Below are positions 18,415 to 28,713 of a stretch of DNA of 64,000 nt, in pieces (positions within the stretch are counted from its first letter, which is position 1; each line of letters starts with the position of its first letter). Under the pieces are notes generated by a model, which saw only the letters and a list, made by a program, of their open reading frames with translations, had not been told where the DNA came from and did not search any database. The DNA comes from Nitrosopumilus sp. (GTDB lineage: Archaea; Thermoproteota; Nitrososphaeria; Nitrososphaerales; Nitrosopumilaceae). The stretch is from NCBI GenBank assembly GCA_963667665.2, contig OY763927.2:736001-800000 (forward strand), in the 5' to 3' direction. A program made the position numbers and the translations under genes.

Positions 18415-19339
18415 TCAATTCAGTTGATTTAGCTTCTTCTCTACTTCTTTGACTTTCTCAGTAATATTCTTTTTTTGTTCTGGGAAAGATGGTAATTGAA
18501 ATACATAATTTATGATATCATCATTTCTCACAGCAGGATAACTTGTACCTCTTTGAAGAGGATTAAGATAATGTTCAAATTGAACTGTTTGAACAAGATA
18601 AAAAATTAAACGATTAACAATTAAATTATTGCTTCTTAAAACACAGAATCCTGTAGATGCTAATTGGTTATCTAATTCTATAGGCACAATTCCAATATTA
18701 TGCAAATATGTTCTAACAGTTGAAAAAAGAATGTCGTTTACGTGAATCACTTGTCTTGCTCTTGATGGAGCATCCTTTCCAAGAAATTTTTTTGGACTAG
18801 TAATTTTTAATTCATTGTTATCAATTGAATCAATATCACAATACTGAAATTTTTGATCAGGATATTCTTTAGGATTAATTTTTAGTACTTTTTGTGTTAT
18901 ATTCTCTAGTTTACATTTTATCCATCCTCTAGGAAGATTATTTTTCTCAAAAACTAATTCCTTTTCAAAATCTCCACATATTTTCTTCAAAAGAATCTCA
19001 GAGGATTCGTCACTAGGATCTTGTGGAACTAACTTCCCTTCAAAAGCTTGTTTTAGTATAGATTGTTTAGATTTCTTTAACAAATTCTTTACAATTTCAA
19101 GTTTTTCTTTTCCTGCATCAATCTGTGCGAAGATTGATTCAAGCTTTGAGACAATTCTTTTTTGTTCGGGGGATGTGTTTAAGCTGTTTCTTTTTGAATA
19201 TACTTGATTTACTTGCATTTCACAAGAAAGAATTTCAGTCCACATTACCCTTTTCATTTTCTTCTAAAATTGATATTATTGCTTCTTGTTCATTTATTCT
19301 AGATTGAACAGTATGATTTTAAAATGGTCTGTACCAACA
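18415..19339 (-). pseudogene. hsdS: Type I restriction specificity subunit fragment
   Basis: PEQKRIVSKLE...KQSILKQAFEGKLVPQDP...LPRGW...ASTGFCVL...GTSYPAV; 5' part frameshifted and cut at 19339, 3' end aberrant. Confidence 0.85.
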
Positions 19340-19519
19340 TGTAGTGTCAAAGTATAATGTCATAGCAGATCTAATACTTGACTATTAAAAAATCAATTGT
19401 GTTTTTTCAATAAATAGACTCAAGTTAGACTATCTTTGTATCGGATCATTATTGCTTTCACTCGCATAATTCTTTGTAATGAATATCTGTTATAGGGTCT
19501 CTATAACTTAGCAGAACCC
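19340..19519. mobile_element. ~180-bp MITE-like IS6 deletion derivative
   Basis: Left end TGTAGTGTCAAAGTATAATGTCATAGCA (similar to 15919-15946); right end reverse-complements to GGGTTCTGCTAAGTTATAG. Confidence 0.5.
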
Positions 19520-19555
19520 ATATCTATATCACCATGACCCAACAGAACCCTATTT

Positions 19556-21748
19556 TTAATCTTTGTCGATAAAGTCAGTTATACGAGGAGGATCTGGAGC
19601 TAATCCTTTTCTTTTTCTAATATCAGATATTGCTTCTTGGAACAATGATTTTGGAACTTCAGTCCATGCCTTAAATGATGTATTCCATGTTGCACGTCCT
19701 GCAGTTTGACCTCTCATTGCTTCAGATAAAGTAAATGTTTCAGAAGCTGGAATTTCACCAATGATGATACTTGATGCACCTTTTTGTGACATGTCAAGTA
19801 CTTTGCCACGTTTGCCAGAAAGAACAGTTGCAACATTTCCAACTAAATCAGTTGGAACTCTAACTTCAATAGCTAAAGTTGGCTCTAAAACAGTAGTACC
19901 TGCAGTTAATAATGCACCCATACATGCTCTACGAGAAGCTGGACCTAATTGAGAAAGACCTCTGTGGGCGGTATCTTCGTGTGGAACAAAGTGAGTGAAG
20001 ATAAACTTGCAACCCCTCATCTGTTCTCTACATAGAGGACCTTCTTTCATTACCTCATCAAATCCAGTGCTAATAGAATCAGTTGACTCTTGAACAAACT
20101 GGACACCTTTTGTTCCATTAATCAAAACATTTCCACGTGAATCAAGCATCATTATTCTTTTAATTGTGTCAGTATCCCATCCTGCCTCTTTTAGCTTGTC
20201 TGCAACAAACTTCTTGTCTTTCATGTCGCTAATTTCACCAGTTCGAAGCATGTTTGCAATCTCTGGCTCTAATGGCTCTACTTTCATGAAGATCTTGTTA
20301 TGTCGGTTAGGAGACTTTGACATGATTGGTTCACATGTACCTTTTACAGTCTCTCTGTAGTTAATCAATGGCTCAGAGGTAATAATCTCAATTTTCGCAT
20401 CTTGTATACGATGAACTGCAACATCAAGGTGTAGTACACCCATTCCTGCAATAATAGTTTCACCGCTTTCCTGATCAATTTTTACGATAAGATTAGGGTC
20501 TTCAATTGTTAGTTGTTTTAGAAATTCAACTAGTTTAGGTAAATCCTTAGGATGTTTTGGCTCAATTGCAATTTGAACTACAGGTTCTGAAACATACTTC
20601 ACTCCTTCAAACATTTGAATACCTTTAACAGAAGACAGTGTGTTTCCTGCTCTACAATCAGTTAATCCTAATAATGCTGGAATATTTCCTGCTCCAAGTT
20701 CTTCTACTTGTTCTCTTTGGTTTCCCATGAAAAAGTTTACAGATTGAACTCTTCCTTCTCTTTTCTCATCAATTATGTTAATGGTTTGTCCATCTTTAAT
20801 TGTACCAGAAAATAATCTACCAATTGCAACAGGTCCTGCTGCAGGATCTAATACCATATTTACAACCATCATAATTGTCGGACCATCATCACTGCAAGCA
20901 AGCAATGCTTTTCCAACATCTGAATCCAAATCACCTTTCCAAATTTGCGGGATTCTATACTTTACTGCAACATGTGGTGGTGGATGATGTTTTACAACCA
21001 TACCAAGTATGGCCTCAGCTAATGGGGCTTTTTCTACAAGGTCTTCAACTTTTTCGTTTTGATAAGCATCAATGACATCTTTGAATGTAAGTCCTTTCTC
21101 TTTCATCAAATCAATGTTAATTGCCCATCTGTCCTTTGCAGAACCAAAGGTGACACTTGCATCCTGAATTGATACTTTCCATTTTTCTTTGTATTCAGGT
21201 TCTGCATATGTGTCAATTAGTTGGTTAAAGTTTGAAACAACTTCTGCTAGTTGTTGCTGCATTTTCTCAGGAGTTAATCTGAGTTCTTTGATGAGTCTGT
21301 CGACTTTGTTGATAAATAAAACGGGTCTTACTAGTTCTTCAAGCGCCATTCTAGTTACAGTCTCAGTTTGAGTCATGATACCTTCTGCTGCATCACAGAC
21401 TACGACTGCTCCATCAATTGCCCTAAGGCTACGAATTACCCTTCCACTAAAGTCTACGTGTCCAGGTGTATCAATCATGTTAATGACGTATTCTTTGTCT
21501 TTTTGAGTAAAGTGTAAAGTAACATTTGCCTGATAAATTGTAATTCCTCGTGCTTGCTCTTCTTTGTCAAAGTCCATTGCCAAAGCCTTACCTGCAGCAG
21601 ATGGAGCAATAATACCAGAATATGCCAAGAGACTATCACTCATGGTAGTCTTTCCATGGTCAACGTGAGCAATTACACCAAAGTTACGGATTTGATCCTT
21701 GTTCTTGATGATTTTTAGAACTTCACCTGTTGACTTGTATTTTACCAT
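19556..21748 (-). CDS. fusA: Translation elongation factor aEF-2
   Basis: AHVDHGKTT, RGITI, DTPGHVDF, NKVD, diphthamide loop HEDTAHRG. Confidence 0.98.
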   Translation of the reverse strand: MVKYKSTGEVLKIIKNKDQIRNFGVIAHVDHGKTTMSDSLLAYSGIIAPSAAGKALAMDFDKEEQARGITIYQANVTLHFTQKDKEYVINMIDTPGHVDFSGRVIRSLRAIDGAVVVCDAAEGIMTQTETVTRMALEELVRPVLFINKVDRLIKELRLTPEKMQQQLAEVVSNFNQLIDTYAEPEYKEKWKVSIQDASVTFGSAKDRWAINIDLMKEKGLTFKDVIDAYQNEKVEDLVEKAPLAEAILGMVVKHHPPPHVAVKYRIPQIWKGDLDSDVGKALLACSDDGPTIMMVVNMVLDPAAGPVAIGRLFSGTIKDGQTINIIDEKREGRVQSVNFFMGNQREQVEELGAGNIPALLGLTDCRAGNTLSSVKGIQMFEGVKYVSEPVVQIAIEPKHPKDLPKLVEFLKQLTIEDPNLIVKIDQESGETIIAGMGVLHLDVAVHRIQDAKIEIITSEPLINYRETVKGTCEPIMSKSPNRHNKIFMKVEPLEPEIANMLRTGEISDMKDKKFVADKLKEAGWDTDTIKRIMMLDSRGNVLINGTKGVQFVQESTDSISTGFDEVMKEGPLCREQMRGCKFIFTHFVPHEDTAHRGLSQLGPASRRACMGALLTAGTTVLEPTLAIEVRVPTDLVGNVATVLSGKRGKVLDMSQKGASSIIIGEIPASETFTLSEAMRGQTAGRATWNTSFKAWTEVPKSLFQEAISDIRKRKGLAPDPPRITDFIDKD

Positions 21749-21796
21749 ATTCGCAAGCCCTGATAATCAGCTATTAAATCTTAGCCTTACAAAAGA

Positions 21797-22702
21797 TCAA
21801 TAGATCATTTGATTGCTTACATTTCGAATTTTTTTTGCAGTTACAAAATGACAATCTTTTTTTCTTTTCTTTTTTGCTTCAAAAAGTGGAACTAGTTGAG
21901 AAAAGAATGTACAATATATCATCTGAGATATCTTCTGAGATGGCATATTTGGATGGATCACATTGATACCAACTTTCTTGAGATTCCGTCCAAGTTGTTT
22001 GTTGTAAAGATTTTTTTCCTCAAAAATTATCACAGTATCCCCTTTGTGAACTGAAAACAACTCCATGTGAGAAAACTGTTCTATTCTAGAATAATGCGCA
22101 TCATATCCTAAAATTTCATAAAACTTTGCAGCACAGTACATTGCTAAAGGGAATGTAAAGAAATTTCCAAGAATAAAGATTCTCTTTGATATTTTGGCTT
22201 TTTTTGCATCAGTTTTTGCTTTTAAAAATAGTTTAGAGCCTCGTGGAATTATTATCTTATCCACCAAAGAAATGCACGTTAATGCACTTTCTAAAAAGGA
22301 GATACTTCCTGCAGTAAAGACACCATTATTTGGAGCAGAAAGTAGAATAATTTCATCAGATGCCTTTGCCAGCCTACTTGTAGGCTGAGATGTTATGGCA
22401 ATAGATCTTTTTGCAATATTTGCAACCTTGATGTTTGTAATGGTATTTCCAGATATTGAAACAAAGTAGACATGTTTTGATTTGACTAATTTTTTGTTAT
22501 TGTATAGATCTAATGGATCCATTGCCTTTACCATTCCATATGAAAAAGACTCAGCTAGCATTGAAGATGCTAAAGAATCCCCACTTCCAGAAAAGAGTGT
22601 ATTTTTTTGTTGATTAGATGATAATGGTTTTTGTTTTCTAAATGATTTTAAAAAATCCAATTGAAGAACTATGTCTTTTTCAAATGCATCAATCGTATTC
22701 AT
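21797..22702 (-). CDS. SIS-domain (sugar isomerase) protein
   Basis: FSGSGDS, VSISGNT, EQFSHME two-SIS pattern. Confidence 0.8.
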   Translation of the reverse strand: MNTIDAFEKDIVLQLDFLKSFRKQKPLSSNQQKNTLFSGSGDSLASSMLAESFSYGMVKAMDPLDLYNNKKLVKSKHVYFVSISGNTITNIKVANIAKRSIAITSQPTSRLAKASDEIILLSAPNNGVFTAGSISFLESALTCISLVDKIIIPRGSKLFLKAKTDAKKAKISKRIFILGNFFTFPLAMYCAAKFYEILGYDAHYSRIEQFSHMELFSVHKGDTVIIFEEKNLYNKQLGRNLKKVGINVIHPNMPSQKISQMIYCTFFSQLVPLFEAKKKRKKDCHFVTAKKIRNVSNQMIY

Positions 22703-22785
22703 GACATCAAATGATTATGGGGATATATTAGAAAAACGATTAAAGACAGGTTTTGGTTTTTATTACGACTATTTAGCAAACAGTC

Positions 22786-23613
22786 ATGGAAATTTCTGTA
22801 GGGCATACTCCTGATTCAGATGACGCATTCATGTTTTATGGAATGTTTACGGGAAAAGTGCCATCCCCAGACTTTAAGGTAAATCATGTAATTGAAGATA
22901 TTGAAAAACTAAATCGTAAAGCAACTAATCCAGAGCTTGACGTTACAGCAGTTTCAGTTCATGCATGTGCATACATTCCAGGATATACAATTTTGAGAAG
23001 TGGAGGAAGTTTTGGAATCGGTTATGGTCCAATAGTTACTGCAAAAAAACAGATGTCAATTGATGAGATAAAAAAATGTAAAATTGCAATTCCAGGAAAG
23101 ATGACATCAGCATTTTTGTTATTACAATTAATGATTGGTAAATTTGATTATGTGGAGATGAATTTCAGCGATATTCCAGAAGCTATCAAAAGTGGAAAAA
23201 TAGATGTAGGACTTGTAATTCATGAGACCCAATTATCATATGAGCAAGAAGGAAACATCAAGATTTTAGATGTTGGTGAATGGTGGGACAAGACAACAAA
23301 TGGATTGCCAGTTCCACTCGGAATCAACGTAATGAAAACAGAATTAGGCATGGAGACAATCTGTAAATTCGACAAACATCTTCAAGCATCAATAGAGTTT
23401 GGATTAGAGAATCTAGAGGATGCATTAGAATATGCAATGCAGTATTCCAGAGGAAAACCACGTGATTTAATTGAAAAATTTGTAAAAATGTATGTGAACA
23501 AGGTTACTGTCAATATGGGAGATTCTGGTGAGGAATCAATTAGAAAATTATTCGAAATGGCAAAAGAGAAGAATTTAGTTCCAGACTTTGAGTTAAGTAT
23601 TGCCACCAAGTAA
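22786..23613 (+). CDS. mqnD: 1,4-dihydroxy-6-naphthoate synthase (MqnA/MqnD family)
   Basis: GHTPDSDDAFMFY, GGSFGIGYGP, GLVIHE, LPVPLG. Confidence 0.85.
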   Translation: MEISVGHTPDSDDAFMFYGMFTGKVPSPDFKVNHVIEDIEKLNRKATNPELDVTAVSVHACAYIPGYTILRSGGSFGIGYGPIVTAKKQMSIDEIKKCKIAIPGKMTSAFLLLQLMIGKFDYVEMNFSDIPEAIKSGKIDVGLVIHETQLSYEQEGNIKILDVGEWWDKTTNGLPVPLGINVMKTELGMETICKFDKHLQASIEFGLENLEDALEYAMQYSRGKPRDLIEKFVKMYVNKVTVNMGDSGEESIRKLFEMAKEKNLVPDFELSIATK

Positions 23614-23640
23614 TTATAGAACAAAAAAAATTTAGAAACA

Positions 23641-23931
23641 ATGGGAGACGGAATTGGTGGTGCAGTAATTGGAATTTTAACCAATAATGCATTTGAGTTA
23701 TTGGTAAGTCACACAAGAAAAGACAATCAAGATGATTATGGAAAAACTGAGAAAATAATCATTGGAAAGATAGATGATCCTAATGATCCACAATATGAAG
23801 AAAAAACAAAAGAAGATTTAGAACGTGCACTAAAAGGAAAATTTGTATCATGTAATGTTCAATACAGAGATTCAAAAACGGATGCGCTTGTTTGTAATGT
23901 ATTTGTTCAAAGACCTCCAGAGGGGTTCTAG
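23641..23931 (+). CDS. Hypothetical protein (possible SNase/OB-like)
   Basis: 96-aa ORF. Confidence 0.65.
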   Translation: MGDGIGGAVIGILTNNAFELLVSHTRKDNQDDYGKTEKIIIGKIDDPNDPQYEEKTKEDLERALKGKFVSCNVQYRDSKTDALVCNVFVQRPPEGF

Positions 23932-24029
23932 AATCTGAAATCTCAGATATTTTATTAAATTACATACAAACTAGAGATTCCAAATAAAAAATGTCCTTAG
24001 TTCTTATAATGGGGAAACTGCTTAAAATT

Positions 24030-24173
24030 ATGTCAGAAGACCGAAAAATGTATCCAATCAAATGTTCTGATTGTGGAACAGACTCAGAGGTACCTTTTGA
24101 GCCAGCAGCAGACAGACCAGTTTATTGTAAAGAATGTCTATCAAAACATCGATCTGGTGGACCAAAAGAATAA
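24030..24173 (+). CDS. CxxC-x17-CxxC domain protein
   Basis: CSDCG...VPFEPAADRPVYCKEC. Confidence 0.88.
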   Translation: MSEDRKMYPIKCSDCGTDSEVPFEPAADRPVYCKECLSKHRSGGPKE

Positions 24174-24298
24174 GCTAAATTTGTTTAGAGTTATTTAATC
24201 TAAATAGTTTATCTCTTTTTTTAATATTTCCAAAAAATAATTCAAAATTTTGTCAGTAATTAAAAAATTTAGAAATACAAGAAAACTATAGAAAAGAC

Positions 24299-24637
24299 AT
24301 GGGTGTTGAACTGAAAAAAACTATTTCAATAAATATAAAAAAATTGGACATGTTTCCAAATCACTTTTTTGGAATTGCTGAGATAAACAAACAAGACTAT
24401 AAAATCAACATTCAAGGCCAGAGTGTTTTGAGACAGAAATTAATCAAACTGCCAATAAAATTCAAAGATGAAAAGGCACTATTACGCTTATCAGGCATTA
24501 ATGGTACTTTGTTTGAAGATATTGTAAACTACAAAGGAGAATCAGAATGGATTGAAATTGATTCGGATGGAATATTGTATTATTTAGCAAATCACCAAGA
24601 TCAAATTAACACCATAGATATTCTCAGTAGATTCTAA
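24299..24637 (+). CDS. Hypothetical protein
   Basis: 112-aa ORF. Confidence 0.65.
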   Translation: MGVELKKTISINIKKLDMFPNHFFGIAEINKQDYKINIQGQSVLRQKLIKLPIKFKDEKALLRLSGINGTLFEDIVNYKGESEWIEIDSDGILYYLANHQDQINTIDILSRF

Positions 24638-24669
24638 ATTCTTGTGTTTGTAAAATAATTATATCAAGA

Positions 24670-25584
24670 TTATGGGTTTAATGATTGTGCGGCCTTCAAG
24701 CCTTTGTATCTATTTCTTATGGTAACTTCTGTAACACCTGCAGCTTCTGCAAGGTCTCGTTGAGTGATAGATACTCCGTTTTGAACACAAGAGAGGTATA
24801 ATGCAGTTGCTGCAAGTCCCATCGGATCTTTTCCAGCTGATTCTTTACGTTCTTGTGCTTCTTTGAGTACTTGGATTGCATATCGTTTTGTTTTTTCTGA
24901 GATCTCTAGTTTGCTTGAAATTCGTGCAATACATTGAATTGAATCAACAACAGGCATCTTTAGTTCTAATTCATGATGCAGTAATCTATAACATCTCGCA
25001 ATGTCTTTTCGTTTAACATTAGCTGCATCAGCAACATCTTTTAGTGTTCTAGGAGTTTCAGTATCTCTACAGGCAGCATAAAGTGATGCAGCAATCATTG
25101 CAGAAATAGATCTTCCACGAACAAGTTTTTTCTCCAATGCTTTTCTATACAGATAAGCAGCTTTTTCAAGAACATTTGCAGAAATGTTAACCTTGTCTTT
25201 TAGCTTGTTTAATTCACTAAGTGCCTGTCTCAAATTTCTATCAACAGGTTGATGAACTTGACTTCTACTATCCCAAGTTCGGAGTCTTTCAATTGTACTT
25301 TTCATAGATGCTGTAAGTGGTTTTCCAGTTGCATCTCTATTTTGAGGATTGATAACAGTAGATAATCCCATATCGTGTATTGTAAGTGATGATGGGGCAC
25401 CAGTTCTTGCTGGATCGGAGCCACCATCTTTTTGAAATGATCTCCATTCAGGGCCAGATGATTCTACTTTTTCAGAAATCACAAAACCACACTTTTCACA
25501 AAATTGTTCCCCTGTATCTTCATCAGTCAATAAAGAATTTTTTCCACAGCGTTGACAGCTAGAACTTGATTTGAAAGTTACCAT
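24670..25584 (-). CDS. tfb: Transcription initiation factor IIB
   Basis: Zn ribbon CQRCG...CEKCG, GPEWRSF, two cyclin repeats, VTEVTIRNRY. Confidence 0.97.
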   Translation of the reverse strand: MVTFKSSSSCQRCGKNSLLTDEDTGEQFCEKCGFVISEKVESSGPEWRSFQKDGGSDPARTGAPSSLTIHDMGLSTVINPQNRDATGKPLTASMKSTIERLRTWDSRSQVHQPVDRNLRQALSELNKLKDKVNISANVLEKAAYLYRKALEKKLVRGRSISAMIAASLYAACRDTETPRTLKDVADAANVKRKDIARCYRLLHHELELKMPVVDSIQCIARISSKLEISEKTKRYAIQVLKEAQERKESAGKDPMGLAATALYLSCVQNGVSITQRDLAEAAGVTEVTIRNRYKGLKAAQSLNP

Positions 25585-25593
25585 CCAAATACC

Positions 25594-25878
25594 CTATCCT
25601 GTGGTCCTTTTTAATGTAATTTCAATTGTTGATACGTCTCTGTTTCGTCCATCAGTCGATACAAGAGATTCTGAATTTATTTCAATATTTCCGACCATAA
25701 ATGCAGGATTAGTTTTACGTAATACTATTTGTACTACATCTACTGCAGGTCCAATACTAAACCCTCTGGCTTTAATTATGATTTTAGGCAGTGTTGCTAA
25801 TTGAATTATTGCAGCAGTGACATAAGTCATCAAAGGTTTTTTTCCAATGAATATTGTGTCTCTAATTTCGTTTGACAT
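25594..25878 (-). CDS. albA: DNA/RNA-binding protein Alba
   Basis: IFIGKKPLMTYV, IKARG, VSTIEITL. Confidence 0.93.
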   Translation of the reverse strand: MSNEIRDTIFIGKKPLMTYVTAAIIQLATLPKIIIKARGFSIGPAVDVVQIVLRKTNPAFMVGNIEINSESLVSTDGRNRDVSTIEITLKRTTG

Positions 25879-25983
25879 GCAAAATTAACTCTTATCGCTA
25901 ATTTAAACCGAGTATTATGCTCAGATTTACTCACAAGAAACAAGAAAATAGATAATATGTGATGAAATTCAAATAGTGTAAGA

Positions 25984-26262
25984 ATGGTTCTTGTTAACAA
26001 AAAAATGCTGATAGGGGGTCTTGCAATGGTAATTGTAGGAATAATACTTACAGTAAATATCAATGCCACAATGCCAGTAGGTCAAACAGGAATGAGTGAA
26101 GAAGAGATAATTGATTTGTTGATAGCACAACAAGAGACCAAAGATTACAACACACTATCTGGAATACTAATTGGAATTGGATTCTTACTAGTGTTGATTA
26201 GTTTTGGTGCTAGAAGAAAAAAGGGTAATGTAAAAAAAGAAGAGAAAAAGCCAGTAGAATAA
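25984..26262 (+). CDS. Two-TM membrane protein
   Basis: Two hydrophobic helices, basic tail. Confidence 0.7.
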   Translation: MVLVNKKMLIGGLAMVIVGIILTVNINATMPVGQTGMSEEEIIDLLIAQQETKDYNTLSGILIGIGFLLVLISFGARRKKGNVKKEEKKPVE

Positions 26263-26290
26263 TTCAAACCTTTTAATCTCAAATTATTAA

Positions 26291-26605
26291 TTGATACCAT
26301 TGATTCAAGCTGAAATTAGCATATATCCAATAGCAACAAGAACCACTAGCGCCAGTTTTTACATTGCAAAGGCAATAGAGTCAATTCAGAACACAGAAAA
26401 TTTAAGATATGAAATCAATTCAATGGGAACGGTTTTGGAATCAGATAGTATTGACATTATTTACAAGGCATCAAAGACTATGATGGAGACAGTTCACAAT
26501 CTAGGAATTGACAGAGTGGAAGTTATAATCAAAATTGATTCAAGACGAGATAAACAAGTAAAAATGGAAGAAAAGATAGATTCAATTAAAAAACAATTGA
26601 GTTAG
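26291..26605 (+). CDS. MTH1187/thiamine-binding family protein
   Basis: AEISIYP...YEINSMGTVLE...IKIDSRRDK. Confidence 0.85.
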   Translation: MIPLIQAEISIYPIATRTTSASFYIAKAIESIQNTENLRYEINSMGTVLESDSIDIIYKASKTMMETVHNLGIDRVEVIIKIDSRRDKQVKMEEKIDSIKKQLS

Positions 26606-27720
26606 AACTGTTTTAAGATTTTAAAGTGAGTATTCCTCTGAGCTGGAGTGCGCCCAATCTCTTTTACCATTGTCGCAAGTTCTTCAACAGATGATGCAGT
26701 TGGTTTTCCTGCAGCACGATAAATTTCTTCAGAAAATGCTGTTCCTACCAAGTCACTTCCACCATTAGATAGTGCAACTTGTGCAAATTTTTTGCCATAA
26801 GCCACCCAGTAAACTGAGATATTGTTTAACACATTTGCAAGCATTAGTCTAGATATTTCAATTATTTTTAAATCATATACAGATGAGCATTCATTGTTTA
26901 CCAAATGGTCTTGTTCAAGTTCAGTATTATCTAGACTAAACTTCAATGGAATTAATGTAAGGAATCCATGTGTCTTTTTTTGAAGTTCACGAATTTTTAT
27001 GAGATGATCAATTACATGTTCTGGTTTTTCTATATGGCCATAAAGCATTGTAACATTACTTTTAATTCCCATATTGTGTGCTTCTTCAATCACATCAAGC
27101 CATTCTTGTCCTGAACATTTTCCTCGAATTATCTTGTTTCTAATTTCTGGATGAAATAATTCTGCACCTCCACCTGGCATAGAGTCAAGTCCAGCATCTT
27201 TTAGACGAGACAAAATTTCTTTTGTAGAATTTTTAGTTAGTTTTGACAAATAAAATATCTCAGCTGCAGTCAATGCTTTGATGTTAAGTTCTGGATGGTT
27301 TTTTTTGATAATTTTCATCATATCCTCATAGTATTCTAGTGGAAGTTTTGGATGAAATCCACCAACAATATGAACTTCAGTTGCGCCCATCTGTTTTGCA
27401 ATTCCAACTCTTTGTTCTATTTCAGGCAGAGTTAGGGTGTATGCATCATCTGCACCATCTTTACGATAAAATGCACACATTTGGCAGCTAGCAGCACAGA
27501 CGTTAGTGTAATTCATGTAATACGATGCTGCAAAAGTTACAGTATCACCAACTAATTTCTTTCTTGTAGCATCTGCAACTGCACCAAGTAGATGGAGATT
27601 ATCATAATTCATCAGTTCTATTCCATCTTTGTAGGACAGTTCTTCTCCTGTAATTGCGCGATCTAAGGCTTGAGAATCTCCAACCAATTGCTCTAACATG
27701 TTATGTAATTTGTGTATCAT
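26602..27720 (-). CDS. mqnE: CofH-family radical SAM, probable aminofutalosine synthase
   Basis: NYTNVCAASCQMCAF, EVHIVGGFHP, IKALTAAEI, MPGGGAE, TMLYGHIE. Confidence 0.8.
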   Translation of the reverse strand: MIHKLHNMLEQLVGDSQALDRAITGEELSYKDGIELMNYDNLHLLGAVADATRKKLVGDTVTFAASYYMNYTNVCAASCQMCAFYRKDGADDAYTLTLPEIEQRVGIAKQMGATEVHIVGGFHPKLPLEYYEDMMKIIKKNHPELNIKALTAAEIFYLSKLTKNSTKEILSRLKDAGLDSMPGGGAELFHPEIRNKIIRGKCSGQEWLDVIEEAHNMGIKSNVTMLYGHIEKPEHVIDHLIKIRELQKKTHGFLTLIPLKFSLDNTELEQDHLVNNECSSVYDLKIIEISRLMLANVLNNISVYWVAYGKKFAQVALSNGGSDLVGTAFSEEIYRAAGKPTASSVEELATMVKEIGRTPAQRNTHFKILKQF

Positions 27721-27773
27721 GATATATTCCTTATAGTCTCAAGAAATAAGTAACCAGTCATACTATTACTAAT

Positions 27774-27947
27774 ATGGTACTTCCTTTAGTTGATGAACAC
27801 AAGCCAAAATGCTATTTGTGTCATGAAGGTTTTGAGAATATAAAAAAACTCAGAGAGCATCAAAGTACAGAACATAAAGACTTTTTTGAATCAAATGAAA
27901 AACAGGATAAGAGAGAACCAGCACCTGGCGATGTTACAGTGTTTTGA
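27774..27947 (+). CDS. Small C2H2 zinc-finger protein (57 aa)
   Basis: Manual translation MVLPLVDEHKPKCYLCHEGFENIKKLREHQSTEH...PAPGDVTVF. Confidence 0.75.
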   Translation: MVLPLVDEHKPKCYLCHEGFENIKKLREHQSTEHKDFFESNEKQDKREPAPGDVTVF

Positions 27948-28446
27948 TTTTATTTTCTTTAATTGATTTTAGCAATTCCTGAGCTGTTTTCTTTGAGATG
28001 CTTGCCAAATCATAGTGTTTATCAATGGATAATGCTTTTTTGAAATGTTTTATTGCATCTTGTAGTTTCCCCATTTCACCTAATGTAAGTCCCTTATATG
28101 CAAGTGCCATGGCACACTTTTTATCAATCCTCAAAGCCTCATCGTAACATCTTATTGCTTTTTGATATTTTTGATCTGAGTGAAATGCCGCACCTTTATT
28201 CAGTAACGCATCAAGATTGTCTGGAGAAATAGCAAGTGCCTTATCATATGTACGAATAGCAAGTTTTAATCGTCCCATATTTTGCAGAGTTGCTCCTTTA
28301 TCTACAAGCGCATTAATATTTTCAGGTTCTTTTTTGAGAATAGAATTATAGAGATTGAGGGCATCAGAATAATTTTTATCCTCTACATACTCATAGGCTT
28401 CTGCTAACATCATGTCTATTGTATTACTCATAATACCTGTTAACAT
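27934..28446 (-). CDS. TPR repeat protein
   Basis: Four 34-aa TPR units. Confidence 0.9.
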   Translation of the reverse strand: MLTGIMSNTIDMMLAEAYEYVEDKNYSDALNLYNSILKKEPENINALVDKGATLQNMGRLKLAIRTYDKALAISPDNLDALLNKGAAFHSDQKYQKAIRCYDEALRIDKKCAMALAYKGLTLGEMGKLQDAIKHFKKALSIDKHYDLASISKKTAQELLKSIKENKIKTL

Positions 28447-28485
28447 TTTGTTAATAATATAGATTAACTATTTGTCAATATAAAA

Positions 28486-28713
28486 TCAAGATGCATCTTT
28501 ATCTCGAGGGTCAATTTTTAATGATTTGTTAAAGCACTCCATTGCTTCCTCGTATCGTCCCAAGCTTCGAAGTGCTGTTCCTTTGTAGTTCCAAAGATCA
28601 GGATCATTCTGATTCAAAAGAAGAGCTTGCTCAAAGAAACCAAGAGCATCATTAAATTTTCCATCTTCTAGAAACAAGTGCCCCTTTGTGACAAGATTTT
28701 TGATTTCATCCAT
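28486..28713 (-). CDS. Small TPR protein
   Basis: LWNYKGTALRSLGRYEEAMECFNKSLKIDP. Confidence 0.88.
   Translation of the reverse strand: MDEIKNLVTKGHLFLEDGKFNDALGFFEQALLLNQNDPDLWNYKGTALRSLGRYEEAMECFNKSLKIDPRDKDAS

Larger units (their letters stand above)
15346..19550. mobile_element. Putative non-autonomous element bounded by IS6-like ends
   Basis: GGTTCTGTAAAGTTATAGTGATAT at 15347 versus inverted copies ending at 19518 and 19549; 8-bp direct repeat TATTTTTA at 15338-15345 and 19551-19558. Confidence 0.6.
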
